Positions 12,241 through 23,176 of a stretch of 64,000 nt of DNA are shown here, piece by piece. Both the position numbers and the translations under genes were made by a program. The stretch spans positions 36,394,001 through 36,458,000 of the forward strand of contig NW_026262745.1 in the NCBI RefSeq assembly GCF_021869535.1. The letters run 5' to 3'. The first letter of the stretch is position 1. Each line of letters begins with the position of its first letter. Source of the stretch: Mytilus californianus (Eukaryota). Under the pieces are notes generated by a model, which saw nothing but the letters and a program-made list of their open reading frames with translations, was not told the origin of the DNA and made no database searches.

Positions 12241-12675
12241 GTATGTTCACTCGTTTTTGTTAATATGTCTTTTGATTGAGTTAAGCCATTGCAATTGATA
12301 TTTTATAGTGTGTCTTTCTGTGTTGTGATGTAACACTATTGTTCAGGTAGGGTGAAGGTTGGCGCCTATTAAAACGTTTAAACCCGCTGCATTTGTTTGC
12401 ACCTGTCCTAATTCAGGAATCTGATGTTCAGTGATTGTCGTTTGTTGATGTGGTTTATAAGTGTTTCTCGTTTTTTATATAGATTAGACCGTTGGTTTTC
12501 CTATTTGAATGGTTAACACTAGTCATTTTTGGGGCCCTTATAGCTTGCTGTTCGGTGTGAGCCAAGGCTCTGTGTTGAAGGCCGTACTTTGACCTATAAT
12601 GGTTTACTTTTACAAATTTTGACTTGGATGGAGAGTTGTCTCATTGGCACTAATACCACATCTTCTTATATCTAT
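12241..12675 (+). mobile_element. Abundant PLE-related dispersed repeat (family 2), copy A
   Basis: Roughly 90% identical by eye to 13624-14065; ends GAGAGTTGTCTCATTGGCAC...CACATCTTCTTAT, as do fragments near 8480, 15250, 21900, 25480, 30710, 40930, 57580 and 62750. Confidence 0.85.
12343..12424 (+). ncRNA. Predicted type-P5 twister ribozyme (family-2 variant; L4 carries a G>T change)
   Basis: TCAGG..GGGT-GAAGG...T^AA-ACCC-GC-TGCA/TGCA-CCTG-TCCTAATT-CAGG-A..CTGA; predicted cleavage between 12379 and 12380. Confidence 0.65.
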
Positions 12676-13623
12676 AGTTTTTCTTTTGCTTTTCTGAAAG
12701 CACATTATCAGAGCTATCTTCTCATATTTTATTTTAAAATTATATCGATTATTTTTTTCTATTCACACAAAATAAATATTTCCTAAATATAAAAAATCAA
12801 CAGTAGCTTGAAAATAGCACGATTTAAACTGCATTTGGGCAAAGTATAAAATACTTTAAATTTAGTTCCCCATTTACCTTAAACAAGGGATTTTTTATCA
12901 AACCTATCAACATTAAAATCTTCCATGGTTCCATAGAGTTTAATTTTCGAGTCTATTTTGCTGTGTGGACGCAGTAAAAATATATCCCCGTATTTTAGGT
13001 TTTCCTTGTGCTTATTTCATGTATGTTTTTGAAATGAAGCTTCTTTCGCAATGCACTCTGTCCATAGTTACGCTACTTCTTTGGATTCCATCTTAGGCAG
13101 AGTTCTTTTTTTTATACATCAGGGATATCTATTTCAATTGCAATCCCTTGCCATCCTTATTTTCATTGACAAATGGAATTTTCAGTAACAACTGTTGGTG
13201 ATCTTGATCAGTATACATGTATTTTGGGTGTTAGTACTTCCATAACAACATCAAATTGGAAATATTTTATGATTTAATTTTATAATAAATATTTACCTCT
13301 ATGTACATAATACGACACGTGACAAACAAATCGAAACATTGACTTTGTTCTACTCTTGATAAAATGACAGCATTTAAATTGAATTTAATCAAATACTTGA
13401 TACCACATAAGCACTTAAAATAAATGTTAACTGTTTGCAAGTTTTGATAACATGTATTAAGTAAATACAACATTTGCTTCTACTTGGTAATAGTAGAATG
13501 TCCGTTACCAGTCAATTTCTCATGTACATTTCCTTGTGTCAAAAAATAAAACTAGCACCCTGAAATGAAAAAAAAATGTCATTACTACTGTCGGAATCGA
13601 TAGTTGTTACTGGTATAAATCAT

Positions 13624-14065
13624 GTATGTTCACTGGTGTTAATATGTATTTTGATTGAGTTAAGCCATTTCAATTGATATTTTATAGTGTGTCTTTTTGT
13701 GTTGTGATGTTACACTATTGTTTCAGATAAGGGTGAAGGTTTGGCACCATTAAAACGTTTAAACCCGCTGCAATTGTTTGCACCTGTCCTAAGTCAGGAA
13801 TCTGATGTTCAGTAGTTGTCGTTTGTTGATTTGGTTCATAAGTGTTTCTCGTTTCTCGTTTTTTATATAGATTAGACCGTTAGTTTTCCCGTTTGAATGT
13901 TTTTTCACTAGTAATTTTTGGGGCCCTTTATAGCTTGCTGTTCGGTGTGAGCGAAGGCTCCATGTTGAAGACCGTACTTTGACCTATAATGGTTTACTTT
14001 TATAAATTTTGACTTGGATGGAGAGTTGTCTCATTGGCACTCATACCACATCTTCTTATATCTAT
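13624..14065 (+). mobile_element. Abundant PLE-related dispersed repeat (family 2), copy B
   Basis: Same 5' and 3' boundaries and orientation as 12241-12675. Confidence 0.85.
13723..13805 (+). ncRNA. Predicted type-P5 twister ribozyme (family-2 variant, intact)
   Basis: P5 TCAGAT/ATCTGA; P2 ACCC/GGGT; P3 TGCA/TGCA; P4 CCTG/CAGG; L4 TCCTAAGT, whose CCT complements the AGG of GAAGG; predicted cleavage between 13760 and 13761. Confidence 0.75.
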
Positions 14066-14914
14066 GTGAAATTAATTTCAATATTTTGAAACTTAATGTG
14101 TCTGCGGAAAGCATAAGAATTGCCTATAATTCTTATACAAATTCATAAAAACCTATCACTAAAAAAAATAATAAAAAAATGTTAATTACACAAGTTTGTT
14201 TTAGGTCGTTTATATCGCCCAAATGCTTTTTTGAATTATTTTTCATATAGTGGAAAACAAGCAACGTTCTTGTCCCTCAATGATAATTAACATTTGAACG
14301 AGAGTTGGCTGAATATAATTTTGCAACTTATGAATTTTGATTTCTTCCGTCTAATTTTCTTTTCAGTATCTTTATTCTGCTGTGCATGTAATGTTTCAGC
14401 AATTTCCATTGACATCGCATACGACTTCTTGTTATATCTTCAATAAACCTTCATCATACGCTCAAAAGTGTATATAGCAAGGCAAAATTAATCAAATGTT
14501 TGACACTACACAGAACTGCTGCATTTTAAATGTTCCATGTTGTATTAACAGGTAGTCTTTGGAAATCATTCCACAGAAGAGTGTATTACGATGAGTTAGC
14601 GATGGTATTGGTTTCTGAATTGAAGATGGTCGACACCATTACCAAACTTTTGAAATATAGGGTACGGTAGTTCTTCTTGAAAGTTTTGCTTGAACTCTTG
14701 AATTGGGATCTGTGTAATCACAAGAACTGTACATGTACTTGTAATTGTCTACTTTGGGTATCAGATCCGGTTGATGGATCCCTTAGTTTTCCGAATTTTG
14801 TAAAGAATCAAAACCAGAAAGCTAGTCAGCAATCTGTCTATCGACAATTCAATTTTATTTTTGATTTGTTTCATTGGTGATGTTACATTTATACTATACA
14901 TAACTATGTCTCAC

Positions 14915-15090
14915 CTGTCAGTTGGCAATTTTAGTTCTTCTCCCATGAATTCGGCAATGATACTTGCGCAGGAAGTTTTTGAATTTTGATCCACTTTATC
15001 TGAATTGTGGTAGAAATTCATATTCATCATTGGCGATGAAGATCCTGCCCTCATCATCAAAATATCTGTTTGTATTTCTACTTGTATATT
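14915..15090 (-). pseudogene. Exon-like segment of a decayed, unidentified gene
   Basis: Minus-strand TTTTAG acceptor and GTGAGA donor flank an open frame (NIQVEIQTDILMMRAGSSSPMMNMNFYHNSDKVDQNSKTSCASIIAEFMGEELKLPTD). Downstream 12.75-14.85 kb looks coding but is full of stops. No family recognised. Confidence 0.3.
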
Positions 15091-15680
15091 CTAAAATGTG
15101 ACAAAATTCAGGTAAGTTAATAGATATAACAAAAAAAAACAGTCACGAATTATAATACAACGGCATATATTTATAATACATGGCTGTCTTCAGTTGGCAG
15201 CAAAATGAACTTATAGTTCCCATCTTTTACTTCATTTGGTCTATGATGGCAAGTTGTCTTATTGGCAATCATACCCCATCTTCTTATTTTTATTTTTACA
15301 GTCAAAAAGAGGTGCCTGGTTTAAAAAGCGAATAGCTTGTTATCTGCATATATAATGATTTTTGTAGTAGATCCTTTCAACAGAACTTTAAAGATAACAG
15401 GATAAGGGAATAAACCCTGCTCCTAGTAAACTAGACAAGACCAAAACCTTCCCCTACCAAAATCCTGAATTTGCCCAAATTAAAACCTATAAAGTTTTCT
15501 TTAATCGTACCCAGGTTTCCAAAATAATATAAACGTCACCAAATACATAATATATATATAGTCTAGGAGTCTGGCTCGCAGCACCGTTTCTGGAAATTAT
15601 ACTTTTACGGACTTGTAGCAGAGACTGATTACCAATGAGACATGTACCCACAAGATACCAAATTAAAAGAACTAGAAAAT

Positions 15681-15826
15681 NNNNNNNNNNNNNNNNNNNN
15701 NNNNNNNNNNNNNNNNNNNNNNNNNNNNNNNNNNNNNNNNNNNNNNNNNNNNNNNNNNNNNNNNNNNNNNNNNNNNNNNNNNNNNNNNNNNNNNNNNNNN
15801 NNNNNNNNNNNNNNNNNNNNNNNNNN
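15681..15826. other. Assembly gap (146 N)
   Basis: Run of N. Confidence 1.
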
Positions 15827-16498
15827 TTGAAAATAAAATAAATATGAAATTCTTATAAATGGGTTTCAATAAAATCGATTTAACTGTTGTATAGAAACAT
15901 TATGTTAAGCTACCGCCTATCTCGATGGTGTTTCTCGCGACCTTTTCAATGGTTTGATTAATTTAAATGCAGATAGAATGCATTTATTTATTTAGCATTT
16001 AGGTTTAAACACCAAATCAGATGTGTTTATATATGATTTGGGAACACTGCCAAACGACTTTTTAACGTTTTTTTTTATTAGTTATTAGTCTATTATTCAA
16101 AACAATAAAGTAATGAAGTACAAAGAGTGTATTCAATTTACTTTCACTAAACCATTTTGTAGTTTCTTTTTAACTAATAACATTTTTTCACAAATTTAAA
16201 TGCAAAGTCGAAACTTTTTGTGTAAAATAAGTAAGCTTGGCTCCTATTATCCTGTTTTCGTACCGAGTTTTACCTAAAATGACCAATGCCCACCACCAGA
16301 CCGACGTTAAGCAAACGACAATCAATTCACTAGCCATATATATTCAAGTATACTATCATGGAAATTGGCAAAAGTCCCTTGCGCCAACAGAAAATGTCCT
16401 CTGCTGTATTATCAAATTACCATTTACCAATTCGAGATTTTAGAAATTAACAGTTACCGATGTCGTTGCCTTTCGTTTTATCGTTGCAGCCGAAATAT

Positions 16499-16564
16499 TA
16501 GCCTGGGATCCTGGCTCACTGCTCCAGTAGACGAAGTATTAGATTGGGTCAGGATGCCAGACTA
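16499..16564. mobile_element. 66-bp mini TIR element with 9-bp TSD
   Basis: TAGCCTGGGATCC ... GGATGCCAGACTA (11/13 inverted match); CCGAAATAT duplicated at 16490-16498 and 16565-16573. Confidence 0.8.
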
Positions 16565-17519
16565 CCGAAATATATGACGCGAGTTATCGTTCGTCTACAG
16601 TGCAGTTTTTCATTTTACATTGTCTTTCACTCATTTGACTTTTTACATGTATACCGTCCCCCTTTTCATGTAATGTGCATTTACATAATGTTTGCTACCT
16701 CTTTCGTGCAAAGTTCATGCGACAGAAGTAAATTTACATTGATTAATTCTTACCTTGGCTTCCGTATTGAATTTTGTTGCTAAAAAATCGGTGAATTTAC
16801 TTAAAAAATCTTTCCTTATAGACTGTTTTGGGACATTTGTCCTACAATCCACAGCTAAATGAATCCCTGGCATGTTTATCCACTCTCAGAAGAAAATTTA
16901 ACACATAATACAAAGAGATAGTTAAATAGAACCTAAATTTATGTAGTTTAAAACCCACTAGTCGATCGACACTCCAGAAATATAAATTTTATGTATATTG
17001 ATTCACCTCAGGTGTAGGTAAAACTCATATATCATTGTAATTCGGTATATATATTTCAAAATAATAGTTCCGAAGAATGAACAGTAAGTTTCTTTTGTAA
17101 AAAAAATTATAAAGAGTTATAACTAGTTATTATTTTTCATGAGGGAACTTTTATCATAATGATTTATCAATAAACTGGTCTGTGTTTGGTGATTGGAAAA
17201 AAAGACTGTACTTATAAATCAATAGAAAACAACGTATAATGTAACTTGAATGATAATTGAAATTCAGAGGAATACTGTGTGTACAGTTATATTCATCGAG
17301 TTTTACAAATGAAAAAAAAAAACAGGATAATATCACAGCGACCTAAACCAAACTTTCGACGCGCTATTCTGTAACGCTCAGATGCAAAAGTTTGAAAACC
17401 ATGCAAAGAAGCGTATACATACATAGGCAAAGTGGAGAGCTATATATCTTACCATAGATATATAAATCAAATGGCTTTGTGCATCTATATATATATGCAT
17501 CAGATGACCGTTGTATAGA

Positions 17520-17805
17520 TACGCATGGATGTCATGGAGTCACATCGGGTTGGAAAAAGCACGATTCCTCGTATGGGGTGTCGCGTTCTCTGCACGTTAA
17601 CGAACCAATTTTCATCCTTCTGAGAGGTCCGTAGATGTCCTGTTGCAAAGCAAAATGTCTGACCTTATCTAGCATAACCTCATTTTTTTGGTAGGAGTCC
17701 AATTTTCTCTTTCTTCATCTTGGTCGTCCTACCTTGCAAAATCTAACGATTGTATCAATTGTAAACTTGTATGCATGAAATATTTGCAACTGGACGTTTA
17801 TTCAA
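17520..17805 (+). mobile_element. SINE-like repeat copy (same family as 32945-33390)
   Basis: Shares CTCTGCACGTTAA-GAACC, CCTGTTGCAA and ATGCATGAAATATTTGC-ACTGGACGTT with the minus copy at 33 kb. Confidence 0.65.
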
Positions 17806-19232
17806 TTAATCGCAATTTAGAGTAAAATTAACATTTTTGATAATTCCTGTCATCTTTTGATATATTTAATTGTTACATCGTGATCTATTAGTAACATTGC
17901 AATATAAATGAACTGATATCAAGGAGTGCGTGATTTGGATGTCTTATCCAACAGTTAAATGTTCAAGTGTCTAACTATTTGGAAATTAGGGCTTATCGTG
18001 CATGAACTCACTTGTTGAAAGATTCGGTTTCTGTAGGCCGGCCTCAGTTATATCAACTGAATTTCATATTAACTCTATGTGCACATTTCCCCCATCATAT
18101 TCGGTAATTTCAAAGTAGGGGAAGTCTCGGTGGAATAATGCATTATAACATCATGCATATGTATTATATATTTTGTATTAATTGATCTGGTTTTGACATA
18201 ACTATTCCCTCTGTGTATTCTTACGTGTATGTGAAATCATGAAATATCTTACATACAAGAACTTTTTGATGCGATTTTTGGTTTTGTATACAAATAATTT
18301 CTCTGAAGTAAGGTCAATGGGAGATAACTCTATTTGGCGCGTTAACTGTGTTATGAAGGGGAGGTAATTAACATTTTCCCGGGCGTATGCTGCTGTCACT
18401 GAAAATGAAAGGACCTTGCAGATCTATAAATTACTAAAAGTTTGTAGTATACACCATAAGAAATATGAATGGTAATTCATCTTCATTAGATCTACAGAAT
18501 GTCATTGTATAACTTCTATCAGTCATGAGTTGTGATGGGGATAAAAATAAATCTGCCTTTAAAACGATGACGAGCATCATGGGGTACTGATGATGAGTAT
18601 TAGTTTCATTTTATGAAGAACCTCATTTTATACAGAATTTAGAAACCTCGTTTGACAATAATGAGCATGGAAATAGTAGACCAGTAATGACCATCTAAAT
18701 TCAAAAGTGCAAGAAGGGTTATCTTTCTTTGTTCATTCCCAAAAAATATGTTTGCTCCTCTCATATTCAAAAGTGCTTTGGTTTTATTTATGAGAAAGAG
18801 TAGCTCAACAGTTTTCATTTTAAAACAAAATTATAGTTTATGAAAACAAATTATAACATTACATTCTTTAGAGATTCTTCACATACAAGATTTTAGAAAA
18901 CAAAAATGCAGCGATTCTTTCATTGTGATAATTTAGGTATTCAAATAGACAATTGTCAATTATCCAACTTTTTTTACCCATCTGCTTGTGTTTGGTTTAA
19001 ATTTTGAAAGTTTTCCTATGCAGCTCTCAAAGAGAAGCACTGTTCAGGATAAATTGTGTATCGCATTTTAACAGTTATAAGTTCTGTTGAGGAAAAGAAA
19101 AATTTTAAAATTGTGTGATTTTTCATCAGTTTCATTTGTTTAAAGTGATATAGTTGTTATATATTAATGTATTTTTGATGCAGAATACTATTTATTAACA
19201 CTATTTTGTTGTTTCTTCTTTTAACCTTAAAG

Positions 19233-19269
19233 GATTAAGTTGGAAGGCCTGGAGAATTATCTTTTTCCA
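19233..19269 (+). CDS. Candidate 37-nt coding exon of an unidentified long-intron gene
   Basis: Long pyrimidine tract plus AG (19231-19232) and GTAAAT donor; (G)LSWKAWRIIFF(Q) joins exon 25302-25405 in frame (phase 2). Confidence 0.4.
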
Positions 19270-19699
19270 GTAAATATTGGTTTTATAAAGTTTAACTACA
19301 TATATTAGTGATAGAGGTTAATTATTTAATGCATTTAAACCACAAATGTAAATAAAATGTTTGAAAATCCTGACCTGGATGTCAGATTATATAATAATTC
19401 TATTAATGTATATATCAACTTAAAAAAAAAATAAGTAGTGGGTATTTTCCTCAACCCTGTCCATTCCGAAATTTTCTGTGTAAATAAGGCATATTGATTT
19501 GCTATTGTATATTGTATGGTTTTTAATCCTTTATAATTCTTATTTAAATATAACTAATGTCATACATTTTGTGCCTTGTGTTATGACATAATACTGATGA
19601 ACTTATGAGCCTTGCTTTCCTTTTTATTAAATGCTTGATTCTTTTTTTCTTTTTCACCTTCTTGTCAGCAAGTTTGCACATTGTTATATTGTGAATTTT

Positions 19700-20600
19700 G
19701 GAAATATGAAATACTTCTGTCCAGACTAGAAATTTCAAAAACTTTCAAGTAATTAAAATATTTTTTTTAAGCTAAAGACAATTCTAATATAATCAGTTTT
19801 AGTTTCATTCATATCATGATTTTAAAGAAATAAATTTAAAATTCACAAAAAAATTGTTTTATATACCGGTACATAAAATGTAAGGGTTCTTTTAAGAACT
19901 GGATAATGATGGGATACCATATTTGATTTTTTAATACTAAATATAAAGAAAAGAGATAAAAGAGCATTAGAAGAAACTCTGATACTGGTATGACAAACAT
20001 TTGTTTTGAATACAACATAACTGGATAATGGTTGAATACCATATTTCATTTTTGCTAGCTTTGTTAAGAGAAATGAGTAGCAACAGAGCATTATAGATGT
20101 GCAGATTCATATACACGGGATTGATCATTATTTATTGTTTCCAATTTTTGTTGATTTCATGTGTGTATGAAAACCTTGGATAAAAATGTTCAAGGAAGCG
20201 TAAATTTTTCATAGACTTGCATGTAAACTTTTGCAAATCCTTGAAATAAAATGTCCCCAAATTTTTTTATTGCTAAATCCAAGGAAATTAGTACCAACTA
20301 AATTAAATGTATCAACAGTAAAACAAACACTTGTTTTTAGAAAAACATAGAGTACAGGTGAAATTAATTCATCATCTTGTCTAAAAATACTGGTAAATAA
20401 GATCAGGTTGTTGTCATTGTTTAAATATTTTGATAACAGTTTCCTTTGAACATCAAATTTCAAACAATAGGTGATTTTGATCAAAGATCTTGTTGAAGAA
20501 GACATCTGTTTGAATGTCTTAACTTGTTGACTTTTGCTGTAGGCAAATAATGGAATATTTTTTAGTGAGTTAGTCATAATATGATATGAACAGGTATTCT
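19700..20600 (-). mobile_element. Possible very old non-LTR (L2/Crack-like) 3' ORF relic
   Basis: Broken frames contain LIKITYCLKF, KYGIQP..., IRVSSNAL and HYPVLKRTLTFYVP, loosely resembling the post-RT motifs R-IKYW-K, FRVSSH and CP-L--LR--Y-P. Confidence 0.3.
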
Positions 20601-20867
20601 ATCATAATTAAACAAAATTCAATATTTTGAATGAAAACAAAAATCCTTTTTTTAGGGATACAAAAATAAAAAATCACATTTTACAATTAGGATTTAATTT
20701 TGTTTTTTTTTCTCTGTCTTCTAGAAAGAAAAAAAAAACACAGTTTTTAAGCAATTATGTAACCAGTACAAATACCTGCTGTTTAAATTTTATTTGCATT
20801 TCCTTTATTTTTATTTATATATTGACTTCTTGGTAAGTTCACTCAATCAGTCTGTCACGGAATAGAA

Positions 20868-21120
20868 GTTCCTTCATAATATAAGTTCCAAATGGAAACA
20901 ATATTCTGAAATATTATTTCCACTGGAATAAATATTACAGTAAATGTTCCAAACGGAATAAATGGTATAGAATATTTGTTCCAACAGGAACAGATATTAT
21001 GACATTGTTTATAACAAAGTTTCCAGTGGAACTTCTGTTAGGCGGAACAAATATACGTTGACAAGTCTGCTGTTTTATTTGATTGACTCTACTTTTTGTG
21101 CCTGTTGGACTGGCCACATT
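20868..21120. repeat. Old dispersed repeat made of TTCC-N(3-4)-GGAA units; paralog at 38112-38151 plus 39730-39950
   Basis: Shared blocks CCTTCATAATA, AATATTACAGT, GAATATTTGTTCCAA, GAACAGATATTA and GAACAAATATACGTTG. Confidence 0.7.
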
Positions 21121-21584
21121 AACACATCCCTAAATTTCAGATTTCAGAAGCATGTCAGCAAAGGTAAAAGTAATTAATCCGTAGGACTATTTTAATATTT
21201 TGCATTCTTCACCATACTAAAATCTTAACACAGTTTGTCAAAAAAATTGTGTGTTTTCATTGCTTATTACAGTTATATCAGTGCACCAGTTCTAATCAAA
21301 AATAGTATGCGAATGTTCTATAGCATAATAGAAAGAACCAGAAAACTCATAAGTGTTTGTCTTTGGTATTGTCAATTGATGGTAAATCTTGGGAAGTGTC
21401 TTCAACTTATTGAAAACTTTTCTACTCATCTTTCTCTTATTGAAGACCATAAACTAACCTCTAGATGACTTGATATTTGTATAGGTGGGTTGCTGTCTCA
21501 TTGTTTTATACTACCCCACACCTCTATTCATAGAATTTGCTAAAAGCTCAGGCTCAATGTAAAATGCAACGTGAAGGTCCTTAT

Positions 21585-21935
21585 GTCATACTGTTACACT
21601 ACTGTCCCAGGTAAGGGGAGGGTTTGGCGCCACAAACATATTTAACCCCACCACATTTTCCCAAGTCAGGAGCCTGTAATTCAGTTGTTGTCGTTTGTTT
21701 CTGTATATAATATTTGTATTTCGTTCATTGTTTTTTACATAAATCAGGCCGTTAGTTTTCTTGTTTGAATTGTTTTACATTTGTCATTTCAGGCCTTTTA
21801 TAGCTTACAATGGGGTATGGGATTTGCTCATTGTTGAATGCTGTACGGTGACCTATAGTTGTTAACTTCTATGTCATTTGGTCTCTGGTGGATAGTTGTC
21901 TTATTGGCACTCATAACACATCTAACTTTTATATT
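21585..21935 (+). mobile_element. Family-2 PLE-related repeat with a partially deleted twister motif
   Basis: CAGGT..GGG-GAGGG-TTTGGCGCCA..TAA-CCCC..TCCCAAGTCAGG-A-GCCTG, with P3 and the 5' strand of P4 deleted; family-2 3' end present. Confidence 0.75.
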
Positions 21936-22400
21936 AACCAGTTTTTTAACCAATCAAAAAAAAATATAACTCGTATCTATGTTGATTTTTTGATATCTGT
22001 TCAACATTATAATATGTAGTATTATTAGAATCCTCTTTTTCATCACCAATGTAATTGCCTAAAAATTGGAATTCCATTTCACTTACTTCATCATTAATTG
22101 TAATTTATTGCTAATTAGATAAACTTACTTGGACATTTGAAATGATTTATAAATATATAAATATTTATTTTATCAGAAAAATTAGTAGAATTGATGATAG
22201 CTATTTGATTAGCTTCCTTTCTGTGTGTCATATCAGTTGTAGAATTTCTTAGATGTGTTCTAAAGATGGCAATTCCACATACTAAACAGATACAGAGTTA
22301 ATATAATTCCTAAATCTTAATTAGACTCTTGACATGTAAAGGGGTACGATGTAGGGGGTAAGAGCCTTATTTGGCCAACAATTCAAGTCCTATATTTCGG

Positions 22401-22436
22401 CTGAGACTACTATAACACATGTTATAGTAGTCTCAG
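22401..22436. mobile_element. 36-bp palindromic micro-insertion with near-perfect 7-bp TSD
   Basis: CTGAGACTACTATAAC-ACAT-GTTATAGTAGTCTCAG (perfect 16-bp arms); flanks ATTTCGG / ATTTCGA (6/7). Confidence 0.7.
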
Positions 22437-23147
22437 ATTTCGATAAGAAATTGTTTTATATTGATGAATAAACATTTAAGTGAAACCATTTATGTTGAAA
22501 TTTTTTAATGAATCATTTGCATAAACACATCAAATAGACCCAAAGAAGAGATTCGGGTGGAACTATGGAAATTTGCCAAAGTCACCTTAATTTCAACAAA
22601 ATTTAGGCCCAGGAAACAGCAGGGTTTAACATACAAAATATTGAAGTCAGATGATGTTATTTATTATAACAAACATAATACTACAAGATTTTTTTTGTCA
22701 TCGCATGCATTATAGGTTTCTGATCCTTCAAACCAATGGAAATCTGAAAGCTTTCATCGAACTTGGTGGAAAATTGAAATTGATGCTAATTGTGACATCG
22801 TTGTTGATATATGTAAATTTTCAACCACAAAAATTGTTTTCTATCTAGTCACTGTTTTAACAAGGATTCCTTGTGATAATACCCAATAAATAATACAAAC
22901 ATTTGGTTAATGAATGGCCAAAGAACTAACAGGTAACACTGGCAGTAGTGAACCAGTAGTCTTGGTTTTCAAAGAAGAAAAAAATCTTGTTTCTGTATGT
23001 TATTGAAGAATAAATTGTTCTTAATCAAAGTAAAAATGAGTGTTTTTTCCTGAAAGATAAACCCATACCTGCTACTACCCCCCCCCCCTTTCCCACTCTA
23101 TTACTATAACAAGAATGTAAAAAAGGCTAAATGAATCTATAACAGAG

Positions 23148-23176
23148 CAAGGATTTGTATAGTATACAAATCCTTG
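23148..23176. mobile_element. 29-bp palindromic micro-insertion with 7-bp TSD
   Basis: CAAGGATTTGTATA-G-TATACAAATCCTTG flanked by AACAGAG at 23141-23147 and 23177-23183. Confidence 0.85.

Noticed and set aside
15635-15869. Three ORFs spanning the N run
   Set aside because: Artefacts of the assembly gap.
18580-19600. CTGATGA hammerhead-core matches near 18587 and 19575
   Set aside because: No stem II/GAAA/stem III arrangement follows either match.
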